Shown piece after piece: positions 1-10,553 of a stretch of DNA of 64,000 nucleotides. Position numbers and translations under genes: made by a program. The first letter of the stretch is position 1, and each line of letters begins with the position of its first letter. Origin of the DNA: Candidatus Bathyarchaeia archaeon (GTDB lineage Archaea > Thermoproteota > Bathyarchaeia > Bathyarchaeales > Bathycorpusculaceae); contig JBEKBM010000007.1 in the NCBI GenBank assembly GCA_050015395.1, positions 1 to 64,000 on the forward strand. The letters are read 5' to 3'. The notes below the pieces were generated by a model. That model did not search any database. It was not told the DNA's origin and saw nothing but the letters and a program-made list of their open reading frames with translations.

Positions 1-150
1 TACGGTTGAATGGATCCGCAAAAGAGCTATGCATCTTTTCATGCACAGGGTAAGAAACTCAACAGAACCATTCAGAAGCATTTTAAGGATGATAGACACA
101 AAATAACATGAAAGCGCAAATAGTCAGATAAATAAAAAATGTGGTTTGAA

Positions 151-438
151 TTAAAGTGGTGTAATTTTCACTATGTTTCTTTTTTCAAGTCTTCGCAGCG
201 CATCTAAGCACTCATCTTTTTTCTCGCCAGTAATGTTTAGGTTGACCATTATGTCTTTAACTGAAACTTCTGCTTTACCGAAATTTTGATGGCGTTTGTA
301 AAGGTGTTGGACAATGGATTTTTCAAGCTTCCCGCATCGCCAAGTAGTGTTGCGAATTAAAACAACGATGGTTCGGACAAGTGTTTGCTCTTTTGATTTT
401 CTTCCTCGCGAAGCTCCCATCTCTCCCCACCGCTCCAT
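151..438 (-). CDS. small basic hypothetical protein, possible winged-helix fold
   Basis: 95-aa ORF; C-terminal 'CLDALRRLEKRNIVKI' resembles a wHTH wing; start uncertain. Confidence 0.5.
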   Translation of the reverse strand: MERWGEMGASRGRKSKEQTLVRTIVVLIRNTTWRCGKLEKSIVQHLYKRHQNFGKAEVSVKDIMVNLNITGEKKDECLDALRRLEKRNIVKITPL

Positions 439-512
439 TTAAAATGCACCATAGTTTTTAAACGTTTGTTCTCAAATGGATTAGGCGCTTGATTTAAGGG
501 GTAACACTTTTT

Positions 513-962
513 TTATAGATTTTTTTTGAGGTATAAACCGTGTTTTTTGCCGTAGTATTTTTCTAGTCTACCGATTTTTTGGTACCCGCTGTTTTGGTAG
601 AGTTTTAATGCGGCTTTGTTGTCTTCGCGGACTTCTAAGTGGCATTCGGTTATACCCTTTTGCTTGAGAATCTCCTCTGTTTCTTTTAGCATTTTGCTTG
701 CGATGCCTTTTCGTCGGTAGGTTGGTGCCACGTTTATTGTTATTATATGCCCGTAGAGTGTATTGTTTTCTATTTCTACTTGTGTTATTATGAATCCTGC
801 TATGTCGCTGTTTGCTTTGGCTACTAACGCGATTGTATTGTAATCTGTAAGCAAGTAGGCTATTTGTCGTTTTGTAAAGGCTTCTTGGTCAAAGCATTGC
901 TCCTCAATTTCACAGAGCTTATCGAGTAGCCTGATGGAAGCGGTTTCAATTTTTATTTCCAT
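513..962 (-). CDS. rimI: RimI/Ard1-type N-acetyltransferase (GNAT)
   Basis: 'GHIITINVAPTYRRKGIA' acetyl-CoA motif A; 'LEVREDNKAALKLY...GY...KYY'. Confidence 0.85.
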   Translation of the reverse strand: MEIKIETASIRLLDKLCEIEEQCFDQEAFTKRQIAYLLTDYNTIALVAKANSDIAGFIITQVEIENNTLYGHIITINVAPTYRRKGIASKMLKETEEILKQKGITECHLEVREDNKAALKLYQNSGYQKIGRLEKYYGKKHGLYLKKNL

Positions 963-981
963 TTTATTATCTTAAGAATAA

Positions 982-2085
982 TTACGGTAGAGGGTCGATT
1001 TTAATTTTTTCTGTGTTTGCTGCCGTGGATATTACTGGTTTTAGTTCGAGCCATTGCTGTGCTCCAAAGCCTATGATGAAGAATAACCACAATGTTATGA
1101 TTCTTGAAAGTATAGTGGCTGTAGCGGCCATTGCTCCAGGGACACCCATTGAAATGAAAAGGGTAGTCATTACTGCCTCTGGAAGCCCAACTTCAAACGG
1201 TATACCTACGGGAATCGATTTGACAGCTAAGAATATGGCTGAAGTGACGAGAATTATGCTCCATGAAACTGGATACCCAAGCGATACAAAGACAAGGTAC
1301 GGTATGCTTAAACTAAAAAACCAAGATATAAGCAAATAAAACAGTGAATAAGCTATAGTCCTTGGGTTATGCCTGAACTCTTTCATTGAATCGTGAAAGT
1401 GCGCCGTAATTTCGACAGCTTCTTCTTTCAATTTTCCCAGTTTCATTTTTCCCATACTGATTTTTTGCGCAAACTTTGTTATCCAATTGATTACTTTTAA
1501 GGTCCATTGCTGCTTGAAAGACAAAACAGTCATTAAAACAAGTATTGCTATTATTGCTGTCGCAACTAATATAATCAGGTTGAAGACCAAGGGGTTAACG
1601 TTGCCTCCAAAGGTAAGTAACACTAATCCTGCGATTAGTGCAAAAGCGTTTATTGCGGTGCCAAGAAGCCTATGAGCATAGAGTGACGCTACTACTTTTC
1701 CGAATGAGCCGCATCCGTCTCTTGTAAGCAGATATGTTCGGGTTACTTCTCCGCTAATGGATTGCGCTGGAACAATGGTGTCAACGTACATGCCGTACCA
1801 AACATAGAGGTAAGCTCGAACTATACTCATTTTGATGGAAAGGTGATTGGTCAACACACGCCAAGAAACTGTAAAGAATAACACTTGAAATAAACCGAAC
1901 AATATAGCTATAGAATAAATAAGTGGATTGGCGGTTTTCGCAGTGGCAAATATGCCTAAAATGTTTACTTGGAACACATAAATGTACAAGAAAAATCCAA
2001 CTAAACCTAGCAGTGGAAAAAGCACTGACTTCCAAGAAAATTTTAGTTTAGGCGGCTGCATTTTGGTTCTTTGCACCCATAGCAA
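982..2085 (-). CDS. lysylphosphatidylglycerol-synthase TM / flippase-like (UPF0104) membrane protein
   Basis: Multi-TM; 'PAQSISGEVTR' and 'GIPFEVGLPE' family-like motifs. Confidence 0.75.
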   Translation of the reverse strand: MLWVQRTKMQPPKLKFSWKSVLFPLLGLVGFFLYIYVFQVNILGIFATAKTANPLIYSIAILFGLFQVLFFTVSWRVLTNHLSIKMSIVRAYLYVWYGMYVDTIVPAQSISGEVTRTYLLTRDGCGSFGKVVASLYAHRLLGTAINAFALIAGLVLLTFGGNVNPLVFNLIILVATAIIAILVLMTVLSFKQQWTLKVINWITKFAQKISMGKMKLGKLKEEAVEITAHFHDSMKEFRHNPRTIAYSLFYLLISWFFSLSIPYLVFVSLGYPVSWSIILVTSAIFLAVKSIPVGIPFEVGLPEAVMTTLFISMGVPGAMAATATILSRIITLWLFFIIGFGAQQWLELKPVISTAANTEKIKIDPLP

Positions 2086-2380
2086 ACGGTGAGATGTCTA
2101 TTTGCCATTATATACTTTGCCTAAATCCATGCCTATGTTCCTTCAAGCAAGCATGTTCTTCAGCGGTTGGAGAAAGCGAACACCAAAAAGGTTAGACAAC
2201 CAACTTAATTCAGGGATAGCCAATACGGAATTTACCGTTTTACAAAAAAAATTATTTGTAATTAAGGTGTATATTTAGCTCTTGTTTTTTCTTTTTTACT
2301 GCTTCTTCCTTTACATCAAAAAACAGACTTTTCTATGTTGAAAAGCAATGAAAAGCGCCGTCGTTGGTTCCATGCAGAAC

Positions 2381-2437
2381 TATGTTGAATCATATTTGAA
2401 GCATATTAGGATCATCTAGTAGACCCGGGGGTAGGCT
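2381..2437. repeat. dispersed ~57-bp intergenic repeat, copy 1 (copy 2 at 35901-35958)
   Basis: TATGTTGAATCATATTTGAAGCATATTAG...TAGTAGACC..GGGGTAGGCT nearly identical in both copies. Confidence 0.85.
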
Positions 2438-2544
2438 TGTGCGCACACAAATACCCTAAGACAAAAGCCAAGAACGAAATAAATGCTAATTAAGAATTAT
2501 AAAAAGACAAAAAGGGATTAGGTTATTTTTTAAGACTTGACGCT

Positions 2545-3108
2545 TTAGTATCTTGGTCTGTAACCGCCGCCGCTTCCGCCAGAGCCTCTTCGGTCTCTGC
2601 CGCCGCCGTAACCGCCGCCACCGCCACGTCTGTCTCCGCCGCCGTAACCGCCTCCGTACCCTCTACCGCCGCCTCTGCCGCCTCTGTATGGTCGTCTTTC
2701 TTGCTCGTATGCTTTGCTGGATACGTTGTTTTCAGTGTTTACTTCTACGGTTAGGGGTTCTTTTGCTGGTTCTAGTTTGCCGTATTTGCCGATGTTTAGG
2801 CGAATGTTGCCTTTGAATAGGGTTACGTAACCGTTTTCTACGCGGATCGTGTCGCCTTCGTTGACTTTTTCAATGTTGTCATCCCAGAGTGTCACGTATA
2901 CTACGCCTGTTTCGTCGCCGACCAGTGCGTCGCTTACTTTATGTGGGGATCCATCTCTGCCCATTGGGATTTCGCGGATTTCTGTTTTGGATACTACTTT
3001 GGCCGTAACGTTAACCGCTTTTGATTGTGGGGTTAAGTCGCCGACTTTTGCTTCTACTGGTGTCTTTTTGTTTTCGAAAAAACCTTCAACAGCCAATTGA
3101 TTCAACAT
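2545..3108 (-). CDS. ssb: single-stranded DNA-binding protein (single OB fold) with Gly/Arg/Tyr-rich tail
   Basis: 'VGDETGVVYVTLWD...VENGYV..FKG..RLNIGKYG' crenarchaeal SSB/RPA OB motif; exact start uncertain. Confidence 0.85.
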   Translation of the reverse strand: MLNQLAVEGFFENKKTPVEAKVGDLTPQSKAVNVTAKVVSKTEIREIPMGRDGSPHKVSDALVGDETGVVYVTLWDDNIEKVNEGDTIRVENGYVTLFKGNIRLNIGKYGKLEPAKEPLTVEVNTENNVSSKAYEQERRPYRGGRGGGRGYGGGYGGGDRRGGGGGYGGGRDRRGSGGSGGGYRPRY

Positions 3109-3602
3109 CCTAGTTTTTGATTCTTAAACAATACCACATGTTCTCTGCACTTAAGTTTTTCGCTTTTGCCTTTTGCTAATTTGCTTTTTAGTTTCTATCA
3201 TGGTATAAGTTAAAGATCACCTTATAGAAGAATACACCGCGCCTGACAACCTGATGCTGGCAGCTGCAAACCAAAAGGCAGGCATACTGTGGAGCTAAGG
3301 TTTACTTGAAGAAAGCGATTAAATTAGCGTCAGTCAGTGCGCCTGGAAGTCTCCGAAATGGTAAAGTAATAAAGGATAAACGATGGAAGCACTAGAGCAA
3401 AACGCTAAAGTAAATAGCTCGATAATCTGGTTCTCCAGCCAATTTCGCTAACTGGAAACCGAAGCCGTTTTCTTCATCATTTTTCTTGATAACAGAACCG
3501 CAATGGACACCAACACGATGACTACAACTAGCATCTGGTTGGAGCAACTTCACTCTTGCTATAAACGGTATAGATTCGCTGACTGGAACAGTCTACGCGC
3601 AA

Positions 3603-3812
3603 ATGACTACCTCCCGAATGTTTAATCCATTCATGATAAACAGTGGTAGCTCAACTATCGTAACAACAGCGGATTTAAACAGCGTTGTAAAAGCATATGG
3701 CTCGATGCCAGGCTGGGGCAACTATGACCAACGTATGGACTATAACTTCAACTTCAAAATCGACATATGTGACATAGCTACAGCAGCAGCAAACGTAAAC
3801 TCAGCACAGTAA
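3603..3812 (+). pseudogene. C-terminal remnant of a dockerin/EF-hand-like surface protein
   Basis: 'DLNSVVKAYGS..G..NYD.RMDYN.N.KIDICDI' dockerin-like repeat; no long upstream open frame in the ORF track. Confidence 0.5.
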
Positions 3813-4003
3813 ACCTCACCCAACATTTTTTTCTTATTTTTTTCTTGCCAATAGCTTATTTTTGCTTAAATCACAGCTTTACGAGAAGCAATTCGATTTT
3901 CGTCCATTCAGTCTTAATTCATGTGCTTGTTGCCCAGAATAAATGATTACTTTTAAAAAGACGGATTAAGTTAATTACGCTAATTAGCATCCATTAAGAA
4001 AGA

Positions 4004-4198
4004 ATGAATGAAACAATGACGAAAGCTAAAAAAAGCATTGTGAAAACTGAGGAGCAAAAAACCCTAAAGTTGCCATGTGGATGCGTATACCAAGATCTAG
4101 GCTGGATACTTACTCGGATTAACGAATGTGAATATCATAAGCGCAGGAGAACAACTAAGCGTCCGTATAAGCCTAAAGCTGAATGCGTAAGACCATAA
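4004..4198 (+). CDS. small Cys/His-containing hypothetical protein
   Basis: 64 aa, 'LPCGC...CEYH' possible Zn ligands. Confidence 0.45.
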   Translation: MNETMTKAKKSIVKTEEQKTLKLPCGCVYQDLGWILTRINECEYHKRRRTTKRPYKPKAECVRP

Positions 4199-4291
4199 AC
4201 TAAAAATGCGATTGCGTCTACTATAGTTCACATTTTAAATTCGTTTTTTTCCGCAAGAGATTTAACTGTAAAAACGGATGTTCAAGACACA

Positions 4292-5467
4292 TTGACAACC
4301 AAAGAATCACCCCCAAAGCAAAAATCGGCGCGTTCAAGAGGAATACTGAGGATCGCTCTCGAAGTGATCTTCATGATAGCGATTTTAGCAGCCTTACTCT
4401 GGTATGTAGGTACAACTGTTCCTGCCAGCTTCAAGCCTAGCGAGCCCACAATTCTAAAGGGCGTTGATTACATTTATAACACATTTCTTACCATCAAGGT
4501 CGAGTATTTGCTTCTGGCTTTTTTGATGTATTTTGGAATAAACCTGCTTTTCACAGTGAGGCTGAGAAGAGTCCTAAGTAAAAACGGTGTAAAAACGTCG
4601 TTTGGTAAAACATTGCTCGCCCAGTATGGTGGCATGTTGACGAGCGACGTCACACCTGGACGTTCAGGTTACATTCTTACACCAGTTTATTTGCTTGACC
4701 AAAAAGTTCCAACATCAAAAAGTCTCTCAAGTGTTCTCGGCATTCAAACATTTGAATTTCTGATTAAAGTAATCGGCGGAATCGGCGCGATAATTTACCT
4801 AGTGAAATTTGTGCCAACAAGCATATGGAATCAATTATTCCCTACCCAAATTGCTGGAATAAACGTAGGTCTACTAATCGCAGTGCTCGGTGTCACTTTA
4901 ATGATGGTTGGAGCAATAGTGTTGGCGGCTTTTACATGGTCCAAACGAGCTATCTCTTTATTTGACCGAATTGCAAATTCCAGATTTCTGAAAAGATTTA
5001 CAGGCGGCTTAATGGGAAAACTTGAGGAATACAAAGAAAGCGCTCACAGTACTGGTAGAGCAATCCCAGAAATAATTGTTTTAACCGTCGCTTGCTGGAT
5101 TATTAAAGGGTTTGAATGGTACTTTTTAGGGTACGCACTGGGAATTACACAAATCCCATGGATAGCTTACTTCCTGATTCATCCGTTGGTGACTGCTTTA
5201 GCGTTTGTTCCCATAACTCCCGCTGGAATTGGCGTGCAAGAATTCGGAATTATCGGTATTTTCGGGCTGGTACTTGACGTTCCTGCTCATCCAGCGCTGA
5301 TCCCGGTAATCGCCACTTTCGCTTTACTCGCGCGTGGATTGCTCATATTTGAAGACTTAGCAGGGGTACCCCAAATCGTAAGGTCTACAAGCCTTATCTT
5401 TTCCCGCAAAAAACCTGACGTGCCGCAGGAACCGAAACCTGGAACCCCACCCCTGACGCCAGTTTAA
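4292..5467 (+). CDS. flippase-like (UPF0104/LPG synthase TM) membrane protein
   Basis: Multi-TM; 'TPGRSG', 'PITPAGIGVQE' motifs. Confidence 0.75.
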   Translation: MTTKESPPKQKSARSRGILRIALEVIFMIAILAALLWYVGTTVPASFKPSEPTILKGVDYIYNTFLTIKVEYLLLAFLMYFGINLLFTVRLRRVLSKNGVKTSFGKTLLAQYGGMLTSDVTPGRSGYILTPVYLLDQKVPTSKSLSSVLGIQTFEFLIKVIGGIGAIIYLVKFVPTSIWNQLFPTQIAGINVGLLIAVLGVTLMMVGAIVLAAFTWSKRAISLFDRIANSRFLKRFTGGLMGKLEEYKESAHSTGRAIPEIIVLTVACWIIKGFEWYFLGYALGITQIPWIAYFLIHPLVTALAFVPITPAGIGVQEFGIIGIFGLVLDVPAHPALIPVIATFALLARGLLIFEDLAGVPQIVRSTSLIFSRKKPDVPQEPKPGTPPLTPV

Positions 5468-5519
5468 GTAAAAGATTTTACGTTGATTTTAGTTTTTTTT
5501 ATCTGTAGGACGTGATGTT

Positions 5520-6008
5520 ATGGCGGCTGAATTTGCGGTAAGGCAGATGTTGCCGACTGATGCCGGCAGGCTTCGGGAAATTGCGGTTTTGTCTTTTTCA
5601 AGGTTCATGGGGTTCTTTGCAGTCCACAGCTTACTTTCAGAAGACGGGCAAGTGCTTGTAAGCGAGGCGAAGGGAACAGTGGTTGGATTTGCTAAACTTA
5701 TCGAGTTCAACGTAGGCATCGACAAATTCGGCTGCATACTTTGGCTTGCCGTTCACCCGCAGTTTCGTCGAAAAGGCGTTGCCAGCGCGCTTGTGAATGC
5801 TGGAACCACGCGCTTAAAGGCTGATGGCGCAAGCGCGGTTTTCGCTTCTGTGCAAAGAAGAAACATTGCTTCCCTAGCGGTTTTTAGCAGGCAACGTTTC
5901 AGAAAAATGGGTTTTCTGGGATTATGGCGGCTTTTCGGTTCGCGTGTCTTTAAGTTTTATAGTGCTATTTGGTTTGCCCCAGGGGAAATCGTGTTAATAT
6001 ATGATTAG
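5520..6008 (+). CDS. GNAT acetyltransferase
   Basis: 'LAVHPQFRRKGVA' motif A; 'NIASLAVF'. Confidence 0.8.
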   Translation: MAAEFAVRQMLPTDAGRLREIAVLSFSRFMGFFAVHSLLSEDGQVLVSEAKGTVVGFAKLIEFNVGIDKFGCILWLAVHPQFRRKGVASALVNAGTTRLKADGASAVFASVQRRNIASLAVFSRQRFRKMGFLGLWRLFGSRVFKFYSAIWFAPGEIVLIYD

Positions 6009-6639
6009 TTAAAGCTGAAGTTCATGGTCTTTGGGTAAAAACCGTTAGAGTGTGACTAGCTTTTTTGCTGTAACTTTCAAGGCAATATTGCCCTATTGAC
6101 TTTTTAGACCTATTTCCGAAAGCTAAAAACTCGCTCACCTACCTGCCTCTTTTTGCTACCTAAACGACCAAACAAAAAGAGTACCCCTATTTCCTCGTAC
6201 AACTGAAAAAGCAAGCTTGGGGTTCTTTGTCAACAAACCTGGACTAAGCCTAGTGTGCTAAGTCAATTTAAGTGGACTTTTGATTAAATATTTATGCAAC
6301 TATCAACTTAGAGAGGGATAATTCACGTTCCAGAGCCAATCTTTTTCAGCTATTTAATTACTCAGTGAACTTTAACTCAGGTCACCATTGGTATACTGTT
6401 GCTTTCGGTTGGCCAATTTACATTAAATAGTCGCCGAAGAGGATATTAGCCGAAGCGAAACAGCCTTTAATATCTAGCCAGAACATACTCTGCCGAGTAT
6501 ACAGGCAAGAGCACGTTTTTCTAGCACATGTTTTGCATCACTTCAGGCGATGGCACAGAAAATTGACCAGAAAACCTGCACTAACAGATGTTCCATAACC
6601 TTAAACTTCTACTTATGCATAAGATTAAATGATGATTTT

Positions 6640-7077
6640 ATGCCCGAAATGAATTTTGAGGGAACAGCAACTTGGAAAGGCGGAACAGAATGCACACTCT
6701 CAGTTAAAGGCAAGCAATTAGTTACGGTTAGTCCACCACCGATGTTTGGCGGAAAAGAAGGCTACTGCGTACCCGAAGACATTTTCGCCGCTGCCTTAGC
6801 CTCATGCATCAACACGCTGTTTTTGTTAATTGCTAAAAATAGCCAGTTAGGGCTCAAAAACTTGGAAACAAAAGCAATTGTTAAAATGAACATCGAAGGC
6901 ATGGAGAAGTTGATCTTTACAGACGTGCACTTTAACATGAACGTTGGCTTGGAATCCGACAATGAGCGTGAACGCAAAAAAGCTAATACTGTTTATCAGA
7001 TGGCGCAGAAGATTTGCCCAATCAGACAGTCGTGGGGCGAAGCTGTTCCTATAAGCTTTGAACTTAACTTTAAGTGA
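6640..7077 (+). CDS. OsmC/Ohr family protein
   Basis: 'FGGKEGYCVPEDIFAAALASC' and 'AQKICPI' two-Cys signature; start moved to ATG 6640. Confidence 0.85.
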   Translation: MPEMNFEGTATWKGGTECTLSVKGKQLVTVSPPPMFGGKEGYCVPEDIFAAALASCINTLFLLIAKNSQLGLKNLETKAIVKMNIEGMEKLIFTDVHFNMNVGLESDNERERKKANTVYQMAQKICPIRQSWGEAVPISFELNFK

Positions 7078-7194
7078 AAATCTTGGACGGGGAAGTAAAG
7101 ATTTTTATTCTTTCGCTTTTTTCTTCCTTAAATTAATTTGAAACTTCAATTGTAGAAAATACGCATTAGCCTTAAATACAGAGGCTTTTCTCTT

Positions 7195-7992
7195 TTGCAG
7201 TTGGTGGCATCGTTGAGCGTGTACAGTCAATTCGCGGTTGAACTTAAAGACGTAACAAAACGCTACAATGAAATAGTGGCGGTGAACAAACTTAATTTAA
7301 CCATAAGTACGGGTGAAATCTTCGGTCTTCTGGGACCTAACGGTTCAGGAAAATCAACCACCCTCAAAATGCTATTGGGTTTAGTCCAACCTACCGCTGG
7401 ATCGGTTAACGTTTTAGGATTAGATGTTCAAAAGCAGCCGGTGGAAGTTAAACGGTTGGTCGGTTACGTTCCAGAATCACCGAACATTTACGAGTTTTTA
7501 ACTGGAATCGAGTATCTTGATTTCATAGCAGATATCTACGGTGTATCCACGGCTGAGAAAAAACAGCGGATAACCGAGTACCTTAAAGCCCTCCAGCTTG
7601 AAGGACGCGAAGGCGACATGATAAACAGTTACTCGGATGGCATGAAAAAGAAAATCAGTTTAATCTCAGCCTTTTTGCACAAGCCTAAACTCTTAATTCT
7701 TGACGAGCCGCTTAACGCTTTAGACCCGCGTTCTGCTAGAATAGTTAAAGAGTTCCTGTACGAGCTTAAAACGCAAGGCGTAACCACCATAATGTCAACG
7801 CATGTTCTTGAGATTGCCCAGGCGTTATGCGACCGAATAGGCATCATGTACCAAGGACAATTATTAGCTCTCGGCAACATGGAAGAGTTAAGACAAAGAG
7901 CCCGCCTGCCAAGCTCAGGACTGGAAGATATTTTCTTGAGGTTAACTGGAACTGAAGATTTAAGAGCTGTCGTTGAGGAACTCATGAAATGA
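7195..7992 (+). CDS. ABC transporter ATP-binding protein
   Basis: Walker A GPNGSGKS, signature YSDGM, Walker B LILDEP, H-switch. Confidence 0.95.
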   Translation: MQLVASLSVYSQFAVELKDVTKRYNEIVAVNKLNLTISTGEIFGLLGPNGSGKSTTLKMLLGLVQPTAGSVNVLGLDVQKQPVEVKRLVGYVPESPNIYEFLTGIEYLDFIADIYGVSTAEKKQRITEYLKALQLEGREGDMINSYSDGMKKKISLISAFLHKPKLLILDEPLNALDPRSARIVKEFLYELKTQGVTTIMSTHVLEIAQALCDRIGIMYQGQLLALGNMEELRQRARLPSSGLEDIFLRLTGTEDLRAVVEELMK

Positions 7993-9680
7993 ACTGGAAG
8001 AACGTCCTCTTCCTTGTGCGAGTCGAACGCAAATCTGGCAGGCTAATCAGAGGAATAAAAGCCACAAGATATAGAGAAAACAGCTTCCTCGCTTACTGGC
8101 CCTACTGGACGGCTATAATCATCGGTGTATTGACAGGTTTAGTGGCTAACTACGTTGTATCCCTCGTTTATTCAAATGGGGCAGTTCCTAACCTGCCTTC
8201 ATTAAGAGATGGAACACTCAGCGTTTTCGTTATATTGCCAACGATTATTTTAGTTTTCAGTTTAGTATTCACCTTGCTGCAGCAAATCCAGCTCAGCGGC
8301 GTCAAGGCATCAACTCAGGTTATGTATTGGCTGCCAGTAACATGGGAAGAGCACACTTTTGCTTCCATCTTTGCTAACTTACTAGGTTTCCCGCTTGCAG
8401 TTGTACTTGGCGTAGCAGCTGGAGTAGTCACCTTTTCAATTCCTAACGGTTTAATTCTTCAGGCACTGCTAACTATGTTGGCTTTGTTTGCAGCGGCTTT
8501 CATGGCAAGTGCCACAACAGAAAGCCTAAGAATTCTACAAGTGCGCTTTATTGGTGCAGTTTACAAGTCAAGCGGCAGAGCAGCTGTATGGGTGAGATTC
8601 CTCGGTTCAATATTGTTCTTCATCATTTTTTACATCTTGTATTTCTATGTAACTTCAGGATTTACCTCATTTCTTCAGAACCTGACGCATGCTCAGAGCG
8701 CTCTTTGGTACGTGCCTTTCGTGTGGCTAGCCCTAACCATCTCCTACATTGTCAAAGGGTTGTTTTTGGAAGGCATCCTATTCGTAGGCTTGTCAGCATT
8801 ATTCATTGCAGGCTTGTATTACCTTGCTGTATGGTTGAACACGCAGTTTGGGCTTTACGAGCCTCCGGCAATAACGGTTCAAAAAAGCGGCATCTACACG
8901 CCGAAAACTGGCATTTTAGGTAAAATAGGTTTTTCTACTGTTGAAGCAGCCATAATCCGAAAGGATTTAAAAGCGTTCACTAGACGTCGGGAGTTGATTC
9001 CTGTTTTTATCTTGCCGATAATTATAATTATTTTGCCTCTCTTGGAATCGCAGGGTATAATAAGCGGAGGCACAACAGCCCAAACTAGCCTAACTTTGGT
9101 AGGAACGATTTTTCTGGTGCCTGCTGCAGCTATGGCTATGCTGTTAGGAGAGATTTTGATAGGTGAAGAAGGACAAGCGGTATGGAGAATTTACGCTTCA
9201 CCAATTTCACCCAAGAACCTGGTTAAAAGCAAATATTTCTTTGTAACACTCTTTTCAACCATTATTTTACTGGCGGCTGGAATTGTTGGAATTGTATTTT
9301 ACCATCCTTCTCTACGAGCGACGATTGTAGCTTTCATTGAAGCTTTTTTCGTAATTTTGGTTGTAAGCTCGATTTCACTTTCCATCGGCTTCAAAGGAGC
9401 TGACTTCTCACAAACCCGTAGAGCAAGAATGGTGCGTCAAGAATGGACATTGGTAAGTTTCTTTGCCTGCGCCATTGCTGGAGCCGCGGTATTGGCGCCC
9501 CTTGTACCGTATGTGATAGCTTCGCTCGCTCCATCGCTTATTCCTGGTTTAACAGCTAGTTCATTTTACCTTGCCATTTCCGTTTTCATCAGCGGAGTCA
9601 TTTCTTTAATCATTACCGCAGTTTTCTATCGGATAAATATTGACAGTGCACGGGAGCTCTTGAGAAAAGCTGAGGTTTAA
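7989..9680 (+). CDS. ABC-2 type exporter permease
   Basis: Many TM segments; ATGA overlap with the ATPase gene. Confidence 0.8.
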   Translation: MNWKNVLFLVRVERKSGRLIRGIKATRYRENSFLAYWPYWTAIIIGVLTGLVANYVVSLVYSNGAVPNLPSLRDGTLSVFVILPTIILVFSLVFTLLQQIQLSGVKASTQVMYWLPVTWEEHTFASIFANLLGFPLAVVLGVAAGVVTFSIPNGLILQALLTMLALFAAAFMASATTESLRILQVRFIGAVYKSSGRAAVWVRFLGSILFFIIFYILYFYVTSGFTSFLQNLTHAQSALWYVPFVWLALTISYIVKGLFLEGILFVGLSALFIAGLYYLAVWLNTQFGLYEPPAITVQKSGIYTPKTGILGKIGFSTVEAAIIRKDLKAFTRRRELIPVFILPIIIIILPLLESQGIISGGTTAQTSLTLVGTIFLVPAAAMAMLLGEILIGEEGQAVWRIYASPISPKNLVKSKYFFVTLFSTIILLAAGIVGIVFYHPSLRATIVAFIEAFFVILVVSSISLSIGFKGADFSQTRRARMVRQEWTLVSFFACAIAGAAVLAPLVPYVIASLAPSLIPGLTASSFYLAISVFISGVISLIITAVFYRINIDSARELLRKAEV

Positions 9681-9774
9681 AAGAAATTGGCTTAAGCGGC
9701 TCAAAATTGCCTACATTTTCGCTAAGAACAGTCAAATTTAAATGCTTATAGCGAGACAACGTTAACTTGGCTGC

Positions 9775-9972
9775 GTGATCGTTGTGGGTAATGAGGGGAA
9801 GGGAACGATATTTAGGCGAAAAGACGATAGATACCTGCTCTATCTGCCTGTTCGCTTGGTAGATGACAGCATGTTTCCATTAAAGTGTAATAGTTCAATG
9901 CCTGTCAAAGTTAGTTTTAGCCTTAATGATGGCAAGTTAATTTTGGAGAAGTGGAAAGAGCAAAAACCCTAA
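9775..9972 (+). CDS. small AbrB/MazE-like DNA-binding protein
   Basis: 65 aa; 'YLLYLP...VKVSF...GKLILEK' swapped-hairpin pattern. Confidence 0.55.
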   Translation: MIVVGNEGKGTIFRRKDDRYLLYLPVRLVDDSMFPLKCNSSMPVKVSFSLNDGKLILEKWKEQKP

Positions 9973-10036
9973 AATTTTCTGTGAGGCAGCAACTTTTATC
10001 TAACAGAGGTAACATTTGTTTTTTTGGTGACATTTT

Positions 10037-10477
10037 ATGAAAGATTTATCTATAAAAAGCCCAGCATTTGAATCGGGCAAGCTTATTCCTAAAAAATACA
10101 CTTGCGACGGACAAGACATCAATCCGCCACTAACAATCGAAGGTACACCTAAAGAAGCGAAAACGCTTGTTCTAATAGTAGATGACCCTGATGCGCCAAG
10201 CGGCACGTTTGATCACTGGGTTGTCTGGAACATTCCTCCTTCAGATAGTAAGATAGGTGAAAACACGGTGCCAGGAACAGAAGGGATGAACGGCGCAAGG
10301 CAAATGGGGTATTTTGGTCCTTGTCCACCTTCAGGTACGCATAGATATTTCTTTAAGGTTTACGCTTTGGATACGGAGCTTAGTTTAAGGGTCGGCTCAA
10401 AAAAGAAAGATGTCGAAAAAGCCATGCAAGGCCACATTCTAGCTAAGGGCGAATTAATGGCGCTGTACAGTAGGTAA
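10037..10477 (+). CDS. YbhB/YbcL family (PEBP/Raf kinase inhibitor-like) protein
   Basis: 'DDPDAP..FDHWVVWNIP' and 'YFGPCPPSGTHRYFF'. Confidence 0.92.
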   Translation: MKDLSIKSPAFESGKLIPKKYTCDGQDINPPLTIEGTPKEAKTLVLIVDDPDAPSGTFDHWVVWNIPPSDSKIGENTVPGTEGMNGARQMGYFGPCPPSGTHRYFFKVYALDTELSLRVGSKKKDVEKAMQGHILAKGELMALYSR

Positions 10478-10553
10478 ACTTGCCGGGAAAAGTTTTGATG
10501 TACATTGAAGTGTAAGTTCAGGCTTGCAGGTTTTCTTTTTGTTTAGCGCACGC

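Noticed and set aside
1013-1675. Antisense shadow ORFs in the track (here and e.g. 19016-19411, 26026-26298, 27313-27582, 33434-33799)
   Set aside because: They lie opposite well-supported genes and show no independent motifs.
6500-6580. Possible minus-strand C/D sRNA (CTGA followed by GTGATG)
   Set aside because: No convincing C box, D box, terminal stem or target.
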